A stretch of 64,000 bases of DNA from NCBI GenBank assembly GCA_031430995.1, contig JANPCO010000131.1:25155-89154 (forward strand), read 5' to 3'. Under the pieces are notes generated by a model, which did not search any database, was not told the origin of the DNA, and saw nothing but the letters and a program-made list of their open reading frames with translations. The stretch comes from Sphingomonadales bacterium (lineage in GTDB: Bacteria > Pseudomonadota > Alphaproteobacteria > Sphingomonadales > Sphingomonadaceae). Below are positions 9,844 to 18,808 of this stretch, one piece after another. The position numbers were made by a program, and so were the translations under genes. The stretch's first letter is position 1. Every line of letters starts with the position of its first letter.

Positions 9844-10512
9844 CTACCGGATTTCGGCACCATCTGGTTTCGCTTCGCCACTGTCGTCACCTAAGCCGTG
9901 CTTTAGCAACATCGGCACTTGCGCGGCTGCAAACAGAAAAGACAACGCCGAAACACCCCAGACCTTAATGGAAAGCCACTGATCAAAACTGAACCAATCA
10001 GGATTGCGGAAAACCTCATTCAGCACCGCTAAAACCCCAAAAAACACCGCCCAGTTGCGCGAAAGCTTCATCCAGCCCATATCGCTCAGGCCGTCATAGC
10101 CTGCCTCAAACACATATTTCATCAGCGGCTTTTTTAGGTAAAGCCCGCCAAACAGCAGCCCGGACAGCAGCACGTAAATGATCGTCGGTTTGATCTGAAT
10201 GAAGCGCGCATCGTGAAAATAAATCGTCAGCCCGCCAAAGCCAAGCACAAGAACCGCCGTCAGCCACATCATCGGGGACACGCGGCCTAGCTTCCATTTG
10301 GCAATTAGTGCCGCAACGATGATGGCGACCATAAACGCGCCAGTGCTCTGGATGACCGCCGCAAGTGTTCCGATCATATCCTTTGAACCAGCAGGCGCGT
10401 TCAGCTTGTACACGACAAAGAAAATCACCAGCGGGATATAGTCCAACGCGAGCCTGAGCAGCCCGTGATCAGGTTTTTTGGCCGGTGCCGCCTGAGGGCC
10501 TGCCTCGATCAC
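9844..10512 (-). CDS. yciB: Inner-membrane septation-associated protein YciB/IspZ
   Basis: It has five TM segments and the N-terminal motif LDYIPLVIFFVVYK, which resembles E. coli YciB. Confidence 0.75.
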   Translation of the reverse strand: MIEAGPQAAPAKKPDHGLLRLALDYIPLVIFFVVYKLNAPAGSKDMIGTLAAVIQSTGAFMVAIIVAALIAKWKLGRVSPMMWLTAVLVLGFGGLTIYFHDARFIQIKPTIIYVLLSGLLFGGLYLKKPLMKYVFEAGYDGLSDMGWMKLSRNWAVFFGVLAVLNEVFRNPDWFSFDQWLSIKVWGVSALSFLFAAAQVPMLLKHGLGDDSGEAKPDGAEIR

Positions 10513-11435
10513 GCAGCACCGGCAATAATGCGGGCCAGTTCATGACCGTCAAACGGGCGCAAATCCTCAATGGTTTCGCCCACACCAATCGCATGAACAG
10601 GAAGGCCGAACTTTTCCGCCGCCGCCACGAGCACGCCGCCGCGCGCAGTGCCATCCAGCTTTGTCATTACAAGACCCGTCACGCCAGCCACCTCCTTAAA
10701 CACTTCAATCTGTGACAGTGCGTTTTGCCCTGTCGTCGCATCCAGCACCAGCACGACATCATGGGGAGAGGCAGGGTTGAGCCTTCCTAAAACGCGGCGC
10801 ACCTTAGCAAGTTCATCCATCAATTCGCGCTTGTTCTGCAATCGACCTGCGGTATCCACAATCAGCACGTCAATGCCTTTGGCCGTCGCCTCTTTAACCG
10901 CATCAAACACAATTCCTGCTGCATCGCCGCCTTCGGCCCCGGCCATGATTGGCACGCCGAGACGGTCTGCCCAGACCTTCAACTGGCCAATGGCAGCGGC
11001 GCGGAATGTGTCACCCGCTGCCAGCATGACGCCGTAATCCTGTTCCAGAAACAAATGCGCGAGTTTGGCAATGGTGGTGGTTTTACCCGATCCGTTGACC
11101 CCAATCACCAGAATGACTTGCGGTCGCGGGAACGCCTCAATCTCAATGGGCCTGGCCACTGGCACCAGCACCGCTGCAATTTCATCCGCCACCACTTCGC
11201 GCACGCCCGCTTCATCTATTCCGCGATCATAGCGGCTGTCAGCCAGCCGAGCGCGGATGCGCGCCGCCATGGCCGGGCCAAGATCAGACGCGATCAGTGC
11301 GTCTTCGATGTTGTCAAGCGTCTGCGCGTCGAGCTTAGTTTTTGTGACAAGGCCAGTGAGATTGTCAGTCAGTCGTTCTGACGTGCGCTTGAAGCCGCCG
11401 ATCAGTTTTTTGTGCCAGGGTGTGTCGGTCATCAT
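10509..11435 (-). CDS. ftsY: Signal recognition particle receptor FtsY (NG domain, short N-terminus)
   Basis: It has the SRP GTPase motifs GVNGSGKTTT, DTAGR and TKLDG. Confidence 0.95.
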   Translation of the reverse strand: MMTDTPWHKKLIGGFKRTSERLTDNLTGLVTKTKLDAQTLDNIEDALIASDLGPAMAARIRARLADSRYDRGIDEAGVREVVADEIAAVLVPVARPIEIEAFPRPQVILVIGVNGSGKTTTIAKLAHLFLEQDYGVMLAAGDTFRAAAIGQLKVWADRLGVPIMAGAEGGDAAGIVFDAVKEATAKGIDVLIVDTAGRLQNKRELMDELAKVRRVLGRLNPASPHDVVLVLDATTGQNALSQIEVFKEVAGVTGLVMTKLDGTARGGVLVAAAEKFGLPVHAIGVGETIEDLRPFDGHELARIIAGAA

Positions 11436-11452
11436 AGTAGCGATCCATCGTC

Positions 11453-11534
11453 GTCATTGCGAGGAGCGCAGCGACGCGGCAATCCAGACTGTGCGGCGTT
11501 GGCCTCTGGATTGCCGCGCTTCGCTCGCAATGAC
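11453..11534. repeat. Intergenic palindromic repeat, family B (ftsY-mtaB spacer)
   Basis: The arms 11453-11487 (gtcattgcgaggagcgcagcgacgcggcaatccag) and 11506-11534 (ctggattgccgcgcttcgctcgcaatgac) are imperfect inverted repeats. Confidence 0.75.
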
Positions 11535-11562
11535 GGGCCATTTGGCACTGTTTCACGAGAGA

Positions 11563-12801
11563 TTAGCACGTTTTGGCCTTTGCCCTCAGCGCGTTGTCTG
11601 TCGAGCCTGTGACATCTACTTCAACAATCGTTCCTGGCACGGCATCCGCCGCCAGACGCACAACAGCATAGTTTTCGGCGTGAGCGGTGCGACCATCTTT
11701 TTCCACAAGCACCCGTTGCCGGGAACCGATGAGCGATGCAAGCCAGTTTGCTTTTGCTGCCTCTGCAACAGCGCGCAGGCAAGCGGCGCGGTCCTTCACA
11801 AGAGCGCGCTCCAGTTGCGGCATCCGCGCAGCAGGCGTGCCCGAGCGCGGCGAATAAGGAAAGATATGCCCGTGGACGATGTGGCCGTCTGCAATTAGAG
11901 CGACGCTGCCCGCAAACATTGCCTCAGTCTCGGTGGGAAAGCCTGCAATGATATCAGCGCCTATCGCCACTTCGGGGCGTCTCTCATTGATCCGCGAGAT
12001 CAGATCAACCGCTTGGCCTCGACTATGACGGCGCTTCATGCGCTTGAGGATCATATCATCGCCGCTTTGCAGTGACAGATGCAGATGCGGCATGACGCGC
12101 GGCTCCCCCGTCACCAGATCAAACAAGCGCTCATCAATTTCGATGCAATCGAGGGATGACAGGCGCAGACGGGGCAAGTCCGGCACATGCTTCAGGATGC
12201 GTTCCACCAACTGGCCTAGCGTCGGCTTTCCAGGCAAATCCGGGCCGTAAGACGTCAGGTCAATGCCGGTTAGCACTACTTCCTGATGCCCCGCGTCAAC
12301 GGCGCGCGCCACGGCCTCTATCACCAGGCCGGCAGGCACAGACCGGCTGTCGCCGCGCCCGAACGGAATGATGCAAAATGTGCAGCGGTGATCACAGCCG
12401 TTCTGCACTTCGATGTGCGCGCGGGTGTGGCCATCGCCGCTGACGACAGGCCGCAACAGCGCCGTTTCCCCGAAAATGTCAGACACTTGCCGCGTGATCG
12501 CAGGCGCATAAGCCGCAGCCGAGCGCTTATCCGCATTGCCGATGACAGCGGATACTTCGGGCATGGCCGCATACTGATCCGGGTTAATCTGCGCGCCGCA
12601 TCCTGTGACGATGATGCGGCTGTCAGGGTTGACGCGCGCGGCTTTGCGGATCGCTTGGCGGGCCTGGCGCTCAGCCTCAGCCGTCACCGCGCATGTGTTA
12701 AACACGATCAGGTTATTCGCGCCTGCCGCTGCCTGCCTAATCCCTTCACCTTCGGCAATGTTCAGGCGGCAGCCGAAATTCACCACTTCAACTCCGCTCA
12801 C
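11563..12801 (-). CDS. mtaB: tRNA (t6A37) methylthiotransferase MtaB (radical SAM)
   Basis: It has an N-terminal MTTase domain (FGCRLN), a radical-SAM CDHRCTFC motif and a TRAM-like C-terminus. Confidence 0.85.
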   Translation of the reverse strand: MSGVEVVNFGCRLNIAEGEGIRQAAAGANNLIVFNTCAVTAEAERQARQAIRKAARVNPDSRIIVTGCGAQINPDQYAAMPEVSAVIGNADKRSAAAYAPAITRQVSDIFGETALLRPVVSGDGHTRAHIEVQNGCDHRCTFCIIPFGRGDSRSVPAGLVIEAVARAVDAGHQEVVLTGIDLTSYGPDLPGKPTLGQLVERILKHVPDLPRLRLSSLDCIEIDERLFDLVTGEPRVMPHLHLSLQSGDDMILKRMKRRHSRGQAVDLISRINERRPEVAIGADIIAGFPTETEAMFAGSVALIADGHIVHGHIFPYSPRSGTPAARMPQLERALVKDRAACLRAVAEAAKANWLASLIGSRQRVLVEKDGRTAHAENYAVVRLAADAVPGTIVEVDVTGSTDNALRAKAKTC

Positions 12802-13604
12802 CCGAATAAGCTCCAGTCCGCTTCGCCAGTGAACACATGAGTGGCCGGGCCTGTCATACGGATAGCCTCACCCGGTGCCCAGGCTATTTCAAGGTCACCG
12901 CCAGGCAAAGTGACTGCCACTGGCGACGTGACCCGGCCGCTGCGGATTGCGGCGACAGCCGTTGCACAGGCCCCGGTTCCGCACGCACGGGTGAGCCCGA
13001 CGCCGCGTTCCCAAACGCGGAGCTTCACATGCGACGCGCCCAAAACCGTCGCGACATTGACGTTCACTCGTTCGGGGAACAGCGGGTCCTGTTCAATCTC
13101 CGGGCCCAGTTCCGCGAGCGCCACTTCATCCGCATCCTCCACAAAGAAAATGACATGAGGATTGCCGACATTGACAGCGGCAGGGCTGCTGAGCGGCCCC
13201 CACGCCACTGGCATGGCCGCGCTGTCCATCGCAAAGGCGAGGGGAATCGCATCCCATTCAAAACGCGGCGTTCCCATATCAACGCAGGCGCCGCCTGATA
13301 GCGCCGTGGCACTGATCATCCCGCCCTTTGTTTCAATGGTCGTCGCGCCGCCGATCAGCAGGCCGACGGCACGAGCCGCATTGCCGCAGGCCTCCACCTC
13401 AGAGCCGTCAGCGTTGAAAATCCGCATCTGCAAGTCAGCGCTGTCTGAGGATTCCAGCAGAATGAGCTGATCGCAGCCAATGCCAGCCTTGCGGTCAGCA
13501 ATGGCCGCTGCGCGCGCACTGGTCATATCCACGGCATCAATACGCGCGTCGATGACGACAAAATCATTGCCGAGCCCATGCATTTTATGAAACCGCATCA
13601 ACAT
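12798..13604 (-). CDS. dapF: Diaminopimelate epimerase
   Basis: The protein starts MLMRFHKMHGLGNDFVVID, and both catalytic Cys regions (ACGNA, CGTGA) are present. The start was trimmed from the track value (13832) to the ATG at 13604. The longer ORF would overlap the upstream gene, and 268 aa fits the DapF length. Confidence 0.9.
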   Translation of the reverse strand: MLMRFHKMHGLGNDFVVIDARIDAVDMTSARAAAIADRKAGIGCDQLILLESSDSADLQMRIFNADGSEVEACGNAARAVGLLIGGATTIETKGGMISATALSGGACVDMGTPRFEWDAIPLAFAMDSAAMPVAWGPLSSPAAVNVGNPHVIFFVEDADEVALAELGPEIEQDPLFPERVNVNVATVLGASHVKLRVWERGVGLTRACGTGACATAVAAIRSGRVTSPVAVTLPGGDLEIAWAPGEAIRMTGPATHVFTGEADWSLFG

Positions 13605-13617
13605 TACGGTGCGGCGC

Positions 13618-15300
13618 TTATCCCATTGAAGCCGCTTTCGGTAGTGCATCGTGCACATCCGCGCTGAAACCGGGCTGCGGGGCCATTTGCTGCAACCGAT
13701 AAGCAGGCAGCAAATTGCGTTCAGCCAGCAAAACCCGCGTGGCGGCAATGGATGTTGGCTTGCCGTAAAACCAGCCCTGGCCCTTATGACAGCCCAGTTG
13801 GCGTAGCCGTTCTTGAATGCCTGCGTCTTCAATTCCCTCCGCCGTCACTGGCATGTTGAGATTTTCGCCCAGCCGCGCGATGGCGTTCACAATCGCGTTG
13901 CTTTCAATATTATCATTGAGGGACAATATGAAGCTCTTGTCGATTTTGATCCGATCAAAGGGCAAAGCACGCAAGTGGGCAAGTGAGCTATAGCCTGTGC
14001 CAAAATCGTCAAGCGCAAGGCGAATGCCTTGGTTTTTGAGGCTGCCGACAATGGATTGCGCCAGCGCCAGATTATCGAACAAAGCCGATTCGGTAATCTC
14101 AATTTCCAGCCGTGCCGCAGGAAACGCCGTTTCCGTGAGCAGTTTCACAATCTTTTGCGGCAACCACGGGTCGCGCAACTGGGTGGGAGAAATGTTGACC
14201 GAAATCGAAAGCGACGGATCCCAGTCGCGGGCTTCGAGCAGTGCTTGTTCGATGATCGACATGGAAAGGTCGCCAATCATGCCTGTCTCTTCGGCGATAG
14301 GTATGAAAATGTCCGGCAATATGAGGCCTTTTTTGGGGTGATTCCACCGCGCCAACACTTCAAAACCCTGCAATTTGCCCGTGTTGAGATCAATCTGCTG
14401 TTCAAAATAGGGAACAAATTCACCCTTTGGAATGCCAAAGCGCATTTGGCCTTCCAATTCGTTGCGGGCGTGAAGTTCCAGCTCCATTGCTGTATCGAAC
14501 CAGACGAAGCGGTTACGCCCTTGGCCCTTAGCCACATACATGGCGATATCGGCGCGGCGCATGACAGCATCGACAGAACTGCAATCATGGTCTGACGTCG
14601 CGATCCCCGCCGATGCGCTAATGTGGGCATAGATGCCGTCCGCATCAAAGGGCTGCGCCAAGCGGCTGACCAGCAATTCGGTGACGCGCGACACCGTTTC
14701 AGGATTGGCGGAATCGTAAGGAAAGGCGCAGGCAAATTCATCACCGCCCAGCCGCGCGGTCAAGGCACGCGGCGGCACTAGTTTTGCAATTTCAGCAGCG
14801 ACACTGCGCAGAAGCGCATCACCGATGGCATGGCCGTGCAAATCATTCACTGTTTTGAAATGATCCAGATCAATCATGATCACGGCCAGTTCTTTGCCGC
14901 GGGCCTGAGTTTGGGTGAGCAAATCTGCGCCAGTATCGGCAATCGAGCGGCGGTTGTGAAATCCCGTCAGCGGGTCTCGCAGGGCCAGGCCGTGAGCGCG
15001 TTCTTCAGCAACAGTGCGCTCCTCAACCTCTCCTGCCAGTTCGGTGTAACGCCGCCACCCGAACAGGATGATGGCCACATTGAGAATAAGGGCCACGTAA
15101 AGCGCTTGGTCGGTATCGCTCCCCAAGCCTGAAAGAGTTGCAATCACGGACCGGGCAACAGTCGTGGCATTGCCGACGAATAGAATGATGGCCGCAACCA
15201 ATATCCCTGCCGTCAAAATATCCTTGGTCTTTTCAGTGACGTTGGACTTTGACTGCGCGACTAAACGTTCAATTGTGAACCCCACTGCGGGCACCCCCAT
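13618..15300 (-). CDS. Membrane-anchored GGDEF-EAL c-di-GMP turnover protein
   Basis: It has N-terminal TM segments, a GGDEF domain (RLGGDEFACAF) and an EAL domain (EVLARW ... DDFGTGYSSL). Confidence 0.85.
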   Translation of the reverse strand: MGVPAVGFTIERLVAQSKSNVTEKTKDILTAGILVAAIILFVGNATTVARSVIATLSGLGSDTDQALYVALILNVAIILFGWRRYTELAGEVEERTVAEERAHGLALRDPLTGFHNRRSIADTGADLLTQTQARGKELAVIMIDLDHFKTVNDLHGHAIGDALLRSVAAEIAKLVPPRALTARLGGDEFACAFPYDSANPETVSRVTELLVSRLAQPFDADGIYAHISASAGIATSDHDCSSVDAVMRRADIAMYVAKGQGRNRFVWFDTAMELELHARNELEGQMRFGIPKGEFVPYFEQQIDLNTGKLQGFEVLARWNHPKKGLILPDIFIPIAEETGMIGDLSMSIIEQALLEARDWDPSLSISVNISPTQLRDPWLPQKIVKLLTETAFPAARLEIEITESALFDNLALAQSIVGSLKNQGIRLALDDFGTGYSSLAHLRALPFDRIKIDKSFILSLNDNIESNAIVNAIARLGENLNMPVTAEGIEDAGIQERLRQLGCHKGQGWFYGKPTSIAATRVLLAERNLLPAYRLQQMAPQPGFSADVHDALPKAASMG

Positions 15301-15498
15301 TTCAGATCTACGTAAACAGCCGTGAATATATGCCGGAAATGTATGAAAAGGACGTTAAGTATCGTCCGCGCGTCATGATTGACGATCACGTGATGTTGGC
15401 CTAATGCATTCGCCACAGAATCAATGCGCCGGCTGACGAGTATCGTCCGCTGGCGATTTTTGTTATTTGGAGCCGTTCTTTGGGTTTGGAGCCAGCGC

Positions 15499-16941
15499 AT
15501 GTTTGAAAGTTTGAGCGAAAGGCTGGGCGGCGTTTTTGACCGTTTGCGCGGTCGTGGTGCGCTCAATGAAGCAGACGTGCGCGAGGCCATGCGCGAAGTA
15601 CGGATTGCGCTGCTCGAGGCTGATGTCGCCTTGCCAGTTGTGCGGTCCTTTGTTGACAGTGTTACGACCAAGGCTGTCGGACAGTCGGTTCTGAAATCAA
15701 TCACGCCGGGTCAGCAAGTCGTCAAAATCGTCAACGATGCGCTTGCCGAAATGCTCGGCTCCGAAGCCGCAGAGCTTAATCTGGCCGTCACGCCGCCTGC
15801 GATCATCATGATGGTGGGCTTGCAAGGGTCAGGCAAAACCACCAGCACAGCCAAGATTGCTAAGCGGCTGACGGACAAGGATCGCAAGAAAGTTCTGATG
15901 GCGTCGCTCGACGTTAACCGCCCGGCTGCTCAAGAGCAGCTGGCGATATTGGGCGAACAAACTGGCGTCGCGACGTTGCCGATTGTTACCGGCCAGCAGC
16001 CCGTTGAAATTGCCAAGCGTGCGATCCAGGCTGCAAAATTGCAGGGCTTCGATGTCCTCCTGCTGGATACCGCAGGCCGCCTGCACGTTGACCAGGCCCT
16101 GATGGATGAAATGCGCGCTGTTTCTGATGTGGCTCAGCCTGCAGAAACATTGCTCGTCGTCGATGCGTTGACAGGCCAGGACGCCGTTAACGTTGCCAAG
16201 AATTTCTCTGACCAAGTGCCGCTCACTGGGATCATATTGACGCGGATGGACGGCGACGCGCGCGGCGGGGCAGCGCTTTCGATGCGCGCCGTCACGGGCA
16301 AGCCAATCAAATTTGTCGGCACGGGTGAAAAGCTCGACGGCCTTGATGTGTTTCACCCAGACCGTGTCGCCAGCCGCATCCTTGGGATGGGCGACGTCGT
16401 CAGCCTGGTTGAGCGCGCAGCGGAAACCATCGAAGCCGGTGAAGCAGAAGCAATGGCGGCCAAAATGGCCAAGGGTCAGTTCGACATGAACGACCTCAAA
16501 AGCCAGCTTGGCCAGATGAAGCGCATGGGCGGCATGGGCGCGTTGATGGGGATGCTGCCGGGCATGAAGAAAGCCCAAACGGCCATGGCGCAATCCGGTA
16601 TGAACGACAAAGTTCTGGTCCGTATGGAAGCTGTGATCGATTCGATGACGCCCAAAGAACGCGCCAAGCCTGAACTACTGGCGGCCAAACGTAAAATTCG
16701 CATCGCCAATGGGTCTGGCACCACGGTGCAAGAGGTCAACAAGCTGATCAAGATGCATCAGGAAATGGCAGGCGCTATGAAAAAGATCAAAAAGATGGGC
16801 GGCGTGAAAGGCCTTGGCGCGATGATGGGTCGTGCTGGAGGTTTGGGTGGCGGACTGGGTGGTTTGCTTGGCGGCGGCGCAGGAGCGGGTCCGATGGGCC
16901 AGGCACTCCCGCCGGGGTTTGATCAGTTGATGAAGAAGTAG
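15499..16941 (+). CDS. ffh: Signal recognition particle protein Ffh
   Basis: The protein starts MFESLSERLGGVFDRL, carries GLQGSGKTT and DTAGR, and has a Met-rich M domain. The start was moved to the ATG at 15499. Confidence 0.95.
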   Translation: MFESLSERLGGVFDRLRGRGALNEADVREAMREVRIALLEADVALPVVRSFVDSVTTKAVGQSVLKSITPGQQVVKIVNDALAEMLGSEAAELNLAVTPPAIIMMVGLQGSGKTTSTAKIAKRLTDKDRKKVLMASLDVNRPAAQEQLAILGEQTGVATLPIVTGQQPVEIAKRAIQAAKLQGFDVLLLDTAGRLHVDQALMDEMRAVSDVAQPAETLLVVDALTGQDAVNVAKNFSDQVPLTGIILTRMDGDARGGAALSMRAVTGKPIKFVGTGEKLDGLDVFHPDRVASRILGMGDVVSLVERAAETIEAGEAEAMAAKMAKGQFDMNDLKSQLGQMKRMGGMGALMGMLPGMKKAQTAMAQSGMNDKVLVRMEAVIDSMTPKERAKPELLAAKRKIRIANGSGTTVQEVNKLIKMHQEMAGAMKKIKKMGGVKGLGAMMGRAGGLGGGLGGLLGGGAGAGPMGQALPPGFDQLMKK

Positions 16942-16944
16942 TCC

Positions 16945-17023
16945 GTCGCCCTGAACTTGTTTCAGGGTCCATGCCTCACGTTCAAACAGCGTGGCATGGA
17001 TGCTGAAACAAGTTCAGCATGAC
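16945..17023. repeat. Intergenic palindromic repeat, family A, copy 2 (ffh-rpsP spacer)
   Basis: The sequence is gtcgccctgaacttgtttcagggtccatgcc ... ggcatggatgctgaaacaagttcagcatgac. It has the same termini as 2304-2413 but a shorter centre. Confidence 0.85.
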
Positions 17024-17059
17024 GGTTTTGGTTTTTGGATTAAAAAGAAGGAAGAAAAA

Positions 17060-17638
17060 ATGGCAGTTTCAATTCGTTTGTCGCGCGGCGGTTCTAAAAA
17101 GCGGCCTTATTACCGGATCGTGGTGGCGGATGCCCGATCTCCCCGTGATGGCCAGTTCATCGAAAAGGTGGGCACCTATAACCCCATGCTCGCCAAGGAT
17201 GATGCCAACCGCGTGACCCTGAACAGCGAACGCCTGACCCATTGGTTGAGCGTTGGCGCACAGCCAACCGACCGCGTCGCGCGCTTCCTTGATGTGGCTG
17301 GCCTGCGCGAACGCCCCGCCCGCAACAACCCAACCAAGGGCAAGCCCGGCGAAAAGGCCATCGAGCGCATTGAAGAGTTGGAAAAGAAAGCGGCTGCCAA
17401 GGTTGAAGCCGAAGCCGCCGCCAAAATTGCTGCTGCGGAAGCCGCTGAAGCTGCCAAGGCCGCTGCGGAAGAAGCCGCCGCTGCACCTGCGCCAGAGCCA
17501 GAGCCAGAGCCAGAAGTGGTTGCCGAGGAAGTTGCCGCTGAAGAAACAACTCCTCCAGAAGGTGAAGCACCTGCAGAAGCTGCAGAAGAAGAAGCTCCCG
17601 CTGCTGAAGCTGCGACTGAGGAAAAGGCGGAGGGTTGA
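17060..17638 (+). CDS. rpsP: 30S ribosomal protein S16 with a long Ala/Glu/Pro-rich C-terminal extension
   Basis: The protein starts [31 protein letters not shown] from the ATG at 17060, preceded by gaaggaag. The longer track ORF starts inside the family A repeat. Confidence 0.9.
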   Translation: MAVSIRLSRGGSKKRPYYRIVVADARSPRDGQFIEKVGTYNPMLAKDDANRVTLNSERLTHWLSVGAQPTDRVARFLDVAGLRERPARNNPTKGKPGEKAIERIEELEKKAAAKVEAEAAAKIAAAEAAEAAKAAAEEAAAAPAPEPEPEPEVVAEEVAAEETTPPEGEAPAEAAEEEAPAAEAATEEKAEG

Positions 17639-18153
17639 GTCCTTCGGCCCAGCCCCCTCTCCCAACCCTCTCTCCTAAAGGGGAGAGGGTTATCACCCTG
17701 GCCGCCATCATCGGTGCGCACGGGCTGACGGGCGAAGTGCGCTTGAAACTGTTTACAGGCGATGTCAGCGGCTTGAAAGCGCATAAGGCCTTCAACGGTG
17801 GCACGCTGACCCTCAAAAGCCTGCGCCCCGGCAACGCCATCATCGCGCGCTTTGCCGAAATCACAGATCGCAACGGGGCAGACGCCGCGCGGGGCACTGC
17901 CCTGACCGTGCCCCGCACCGCCCTGCCCGCACTGGCGGACGGCGAATATTATCACGCTGACCTAATCGGCCTCCCTTGCGTTTCCACCGATGGCAATGAC
18001 ATTGGTCTATGCGTCGCGGTTGAAAATTTTGGCGCAGGCGATGTGCTGGAGATCGAACGGCCCGACAAGGCCCGTTTCATGGTGCCAATGACAGTGGACG
18101 CTGTGCCCGAGTGGGGCGCGCGCATCATCATTGACGCTCAGTTTGTGGGTTAG
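17635..18153 (+). CDS. rimM: 16S rRNA processing protein RimM
   Basis: It has the [14 protein letters not shown] motif and a PRC barrel region. The only in-frame start upstream is the TTG at 17635, which overlaps the rpsP stop. The exact start is uncertain. Confidence 0.8.
   Translation: MSPSAQPPLPTLSPKGERVITLAAIIGAHGLTGEVRLKLFTGDVSGLKAHKAFNGGTLTLKSLRPGNAIIARFAEITDRNGADAARGTALTVPRTALPALADGEYYHADLIGLPCVSTDGNDIGLCVAVENFGAGDVLEIERPDKARFMVPMTVDAVPEWGARIIIDAQFVG
17664..17691 (+). repeat. Hairpin-forming element aaccctctctcc-taaa-ggggagagggtt inside the 5' end of rimM
   Basis: The two 12-nt arms match at 11/12 positions around a 4-nt loop. A second ccctctccc copy lies at 17655-17663. Confidence 0.7.
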
Positions 18154-18183
18154 TATATACGTCCGGTAGACACGGAGGGCGCT

Positions 18184-18438
18184 ATGGGCCGAGAGTTTGA
18201 TGCAAAAATTTTTCAATCGGGTAACTCAGTTGCTTTGCGTTTACCCAAGGCGTTAGGCCTTAAAGCTGGTGATATGATGCGGGTCCGTCAAGAACACGGC
18301 AATCTGATCGCAGCGCCAATGGCCTCTCGGAATGAGTATATCGATCTTGAAGGCATCTATGGGTCTGTTCCGGGCATAAGCCGTCCGCCATGTGACGAGA
18401 ACCCACGCGACTGGTATGTCGGCCGTCAAAATGGCTGA
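18184..18438 (+). CDS. vapB: AbrB/SpoVT-type VapB antitoxin
   Basis: It has the SGNSVALRLPKALGL swapped-hairpin motif. It is 84 aa and overlaps the downstream PIN gene by 8 nt. Confidence 0.8.
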   Translation: MGREFDAKIFQSGNSVALRLPKALGLKAGDMMRVRQEHGNLIAAPMASRNEYIDLEGIYGSVPGISRPPCDENPRDWYVGRQNG

Positions 18439-18808
18439 GCCTCTTTTTCTAATTGATACCAACATTTGTATTTATCTGCTGGATGGTCGGGGCGAAAAGG
18501 TTCGGCACCGGATGGAATCGTGCAAGCGGGAACAGATTGTAACGTCAGCAATTGTCCGCGCAGAGGTTATGCTGGGCGCCAAGGCGCAAGATCAAGTTGA
18601 CCGGGCGAAGGCCCTGTTTGCCCAGATCGAAGTGTTGCCGTTCGATTCAAGCGCAGCCGATGCCTACGCCGCGATCCCGTTTTATCGTGGCAACCTTGAT
18701 CGCTTTATCGGTGCCCACGCAATTTCACTTGGTTTGACGCTTGTTACGAATGACGAGAGCGATTTTGAGGACATGCCCGGGTTAAAGGTTGAGAACTGGA
18801 CGGTTTGA
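18431..18808 (+). CDS. vapC: PIN-domain VapC toxin
   Basis: The protein starts MAEPLFLIDTNICIYLL, and acidic PIN residues are present (D in IDTN, E in AEV, D in DRF, TND). The start was moved to the ATG at 18431. Confidence 0.85.
   Translation: MAEPLFLIDTNICIYLLDGRGEKVRHRMESCKREQIVTSAIVRAEVMLGAKAQDQVDRAKALFAQIEVLPFDSSAADAYAAIPFYRGNLDRFIGAHAISLGLTLVTNDESDFEDMPGLKVENWTV

Noticed and set aside
13605-13832. A 76-codon N-terminal extension of dapF in the ORF track (344 aa).
   Set aside because: The extension overlaps the 3' end of the GGDEF-EAL gene. DapF homology begins at MLMRFHKMHGLGNDF, and the extension is Cys/Trp/Arg-rich.
16991-17059. An upstream extension of rpsP ([22 protein letters not shown]).
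   Set aside because: This peptide is the translation of the family A repeat terminus plus the RBS region. The canonical S16 N-terminus MAVSIRL starts at 17060.
17069-17955. Three overlapping minus-strand ORFs of 198-259 aa across rpsP and rimM.
   Set aside because: They are mirror images of the low-complexity GCN/GAR-rich S16 tail. They have no start context and are highly repetitive Ser/Ala/Gly/Leu/Gln strings.
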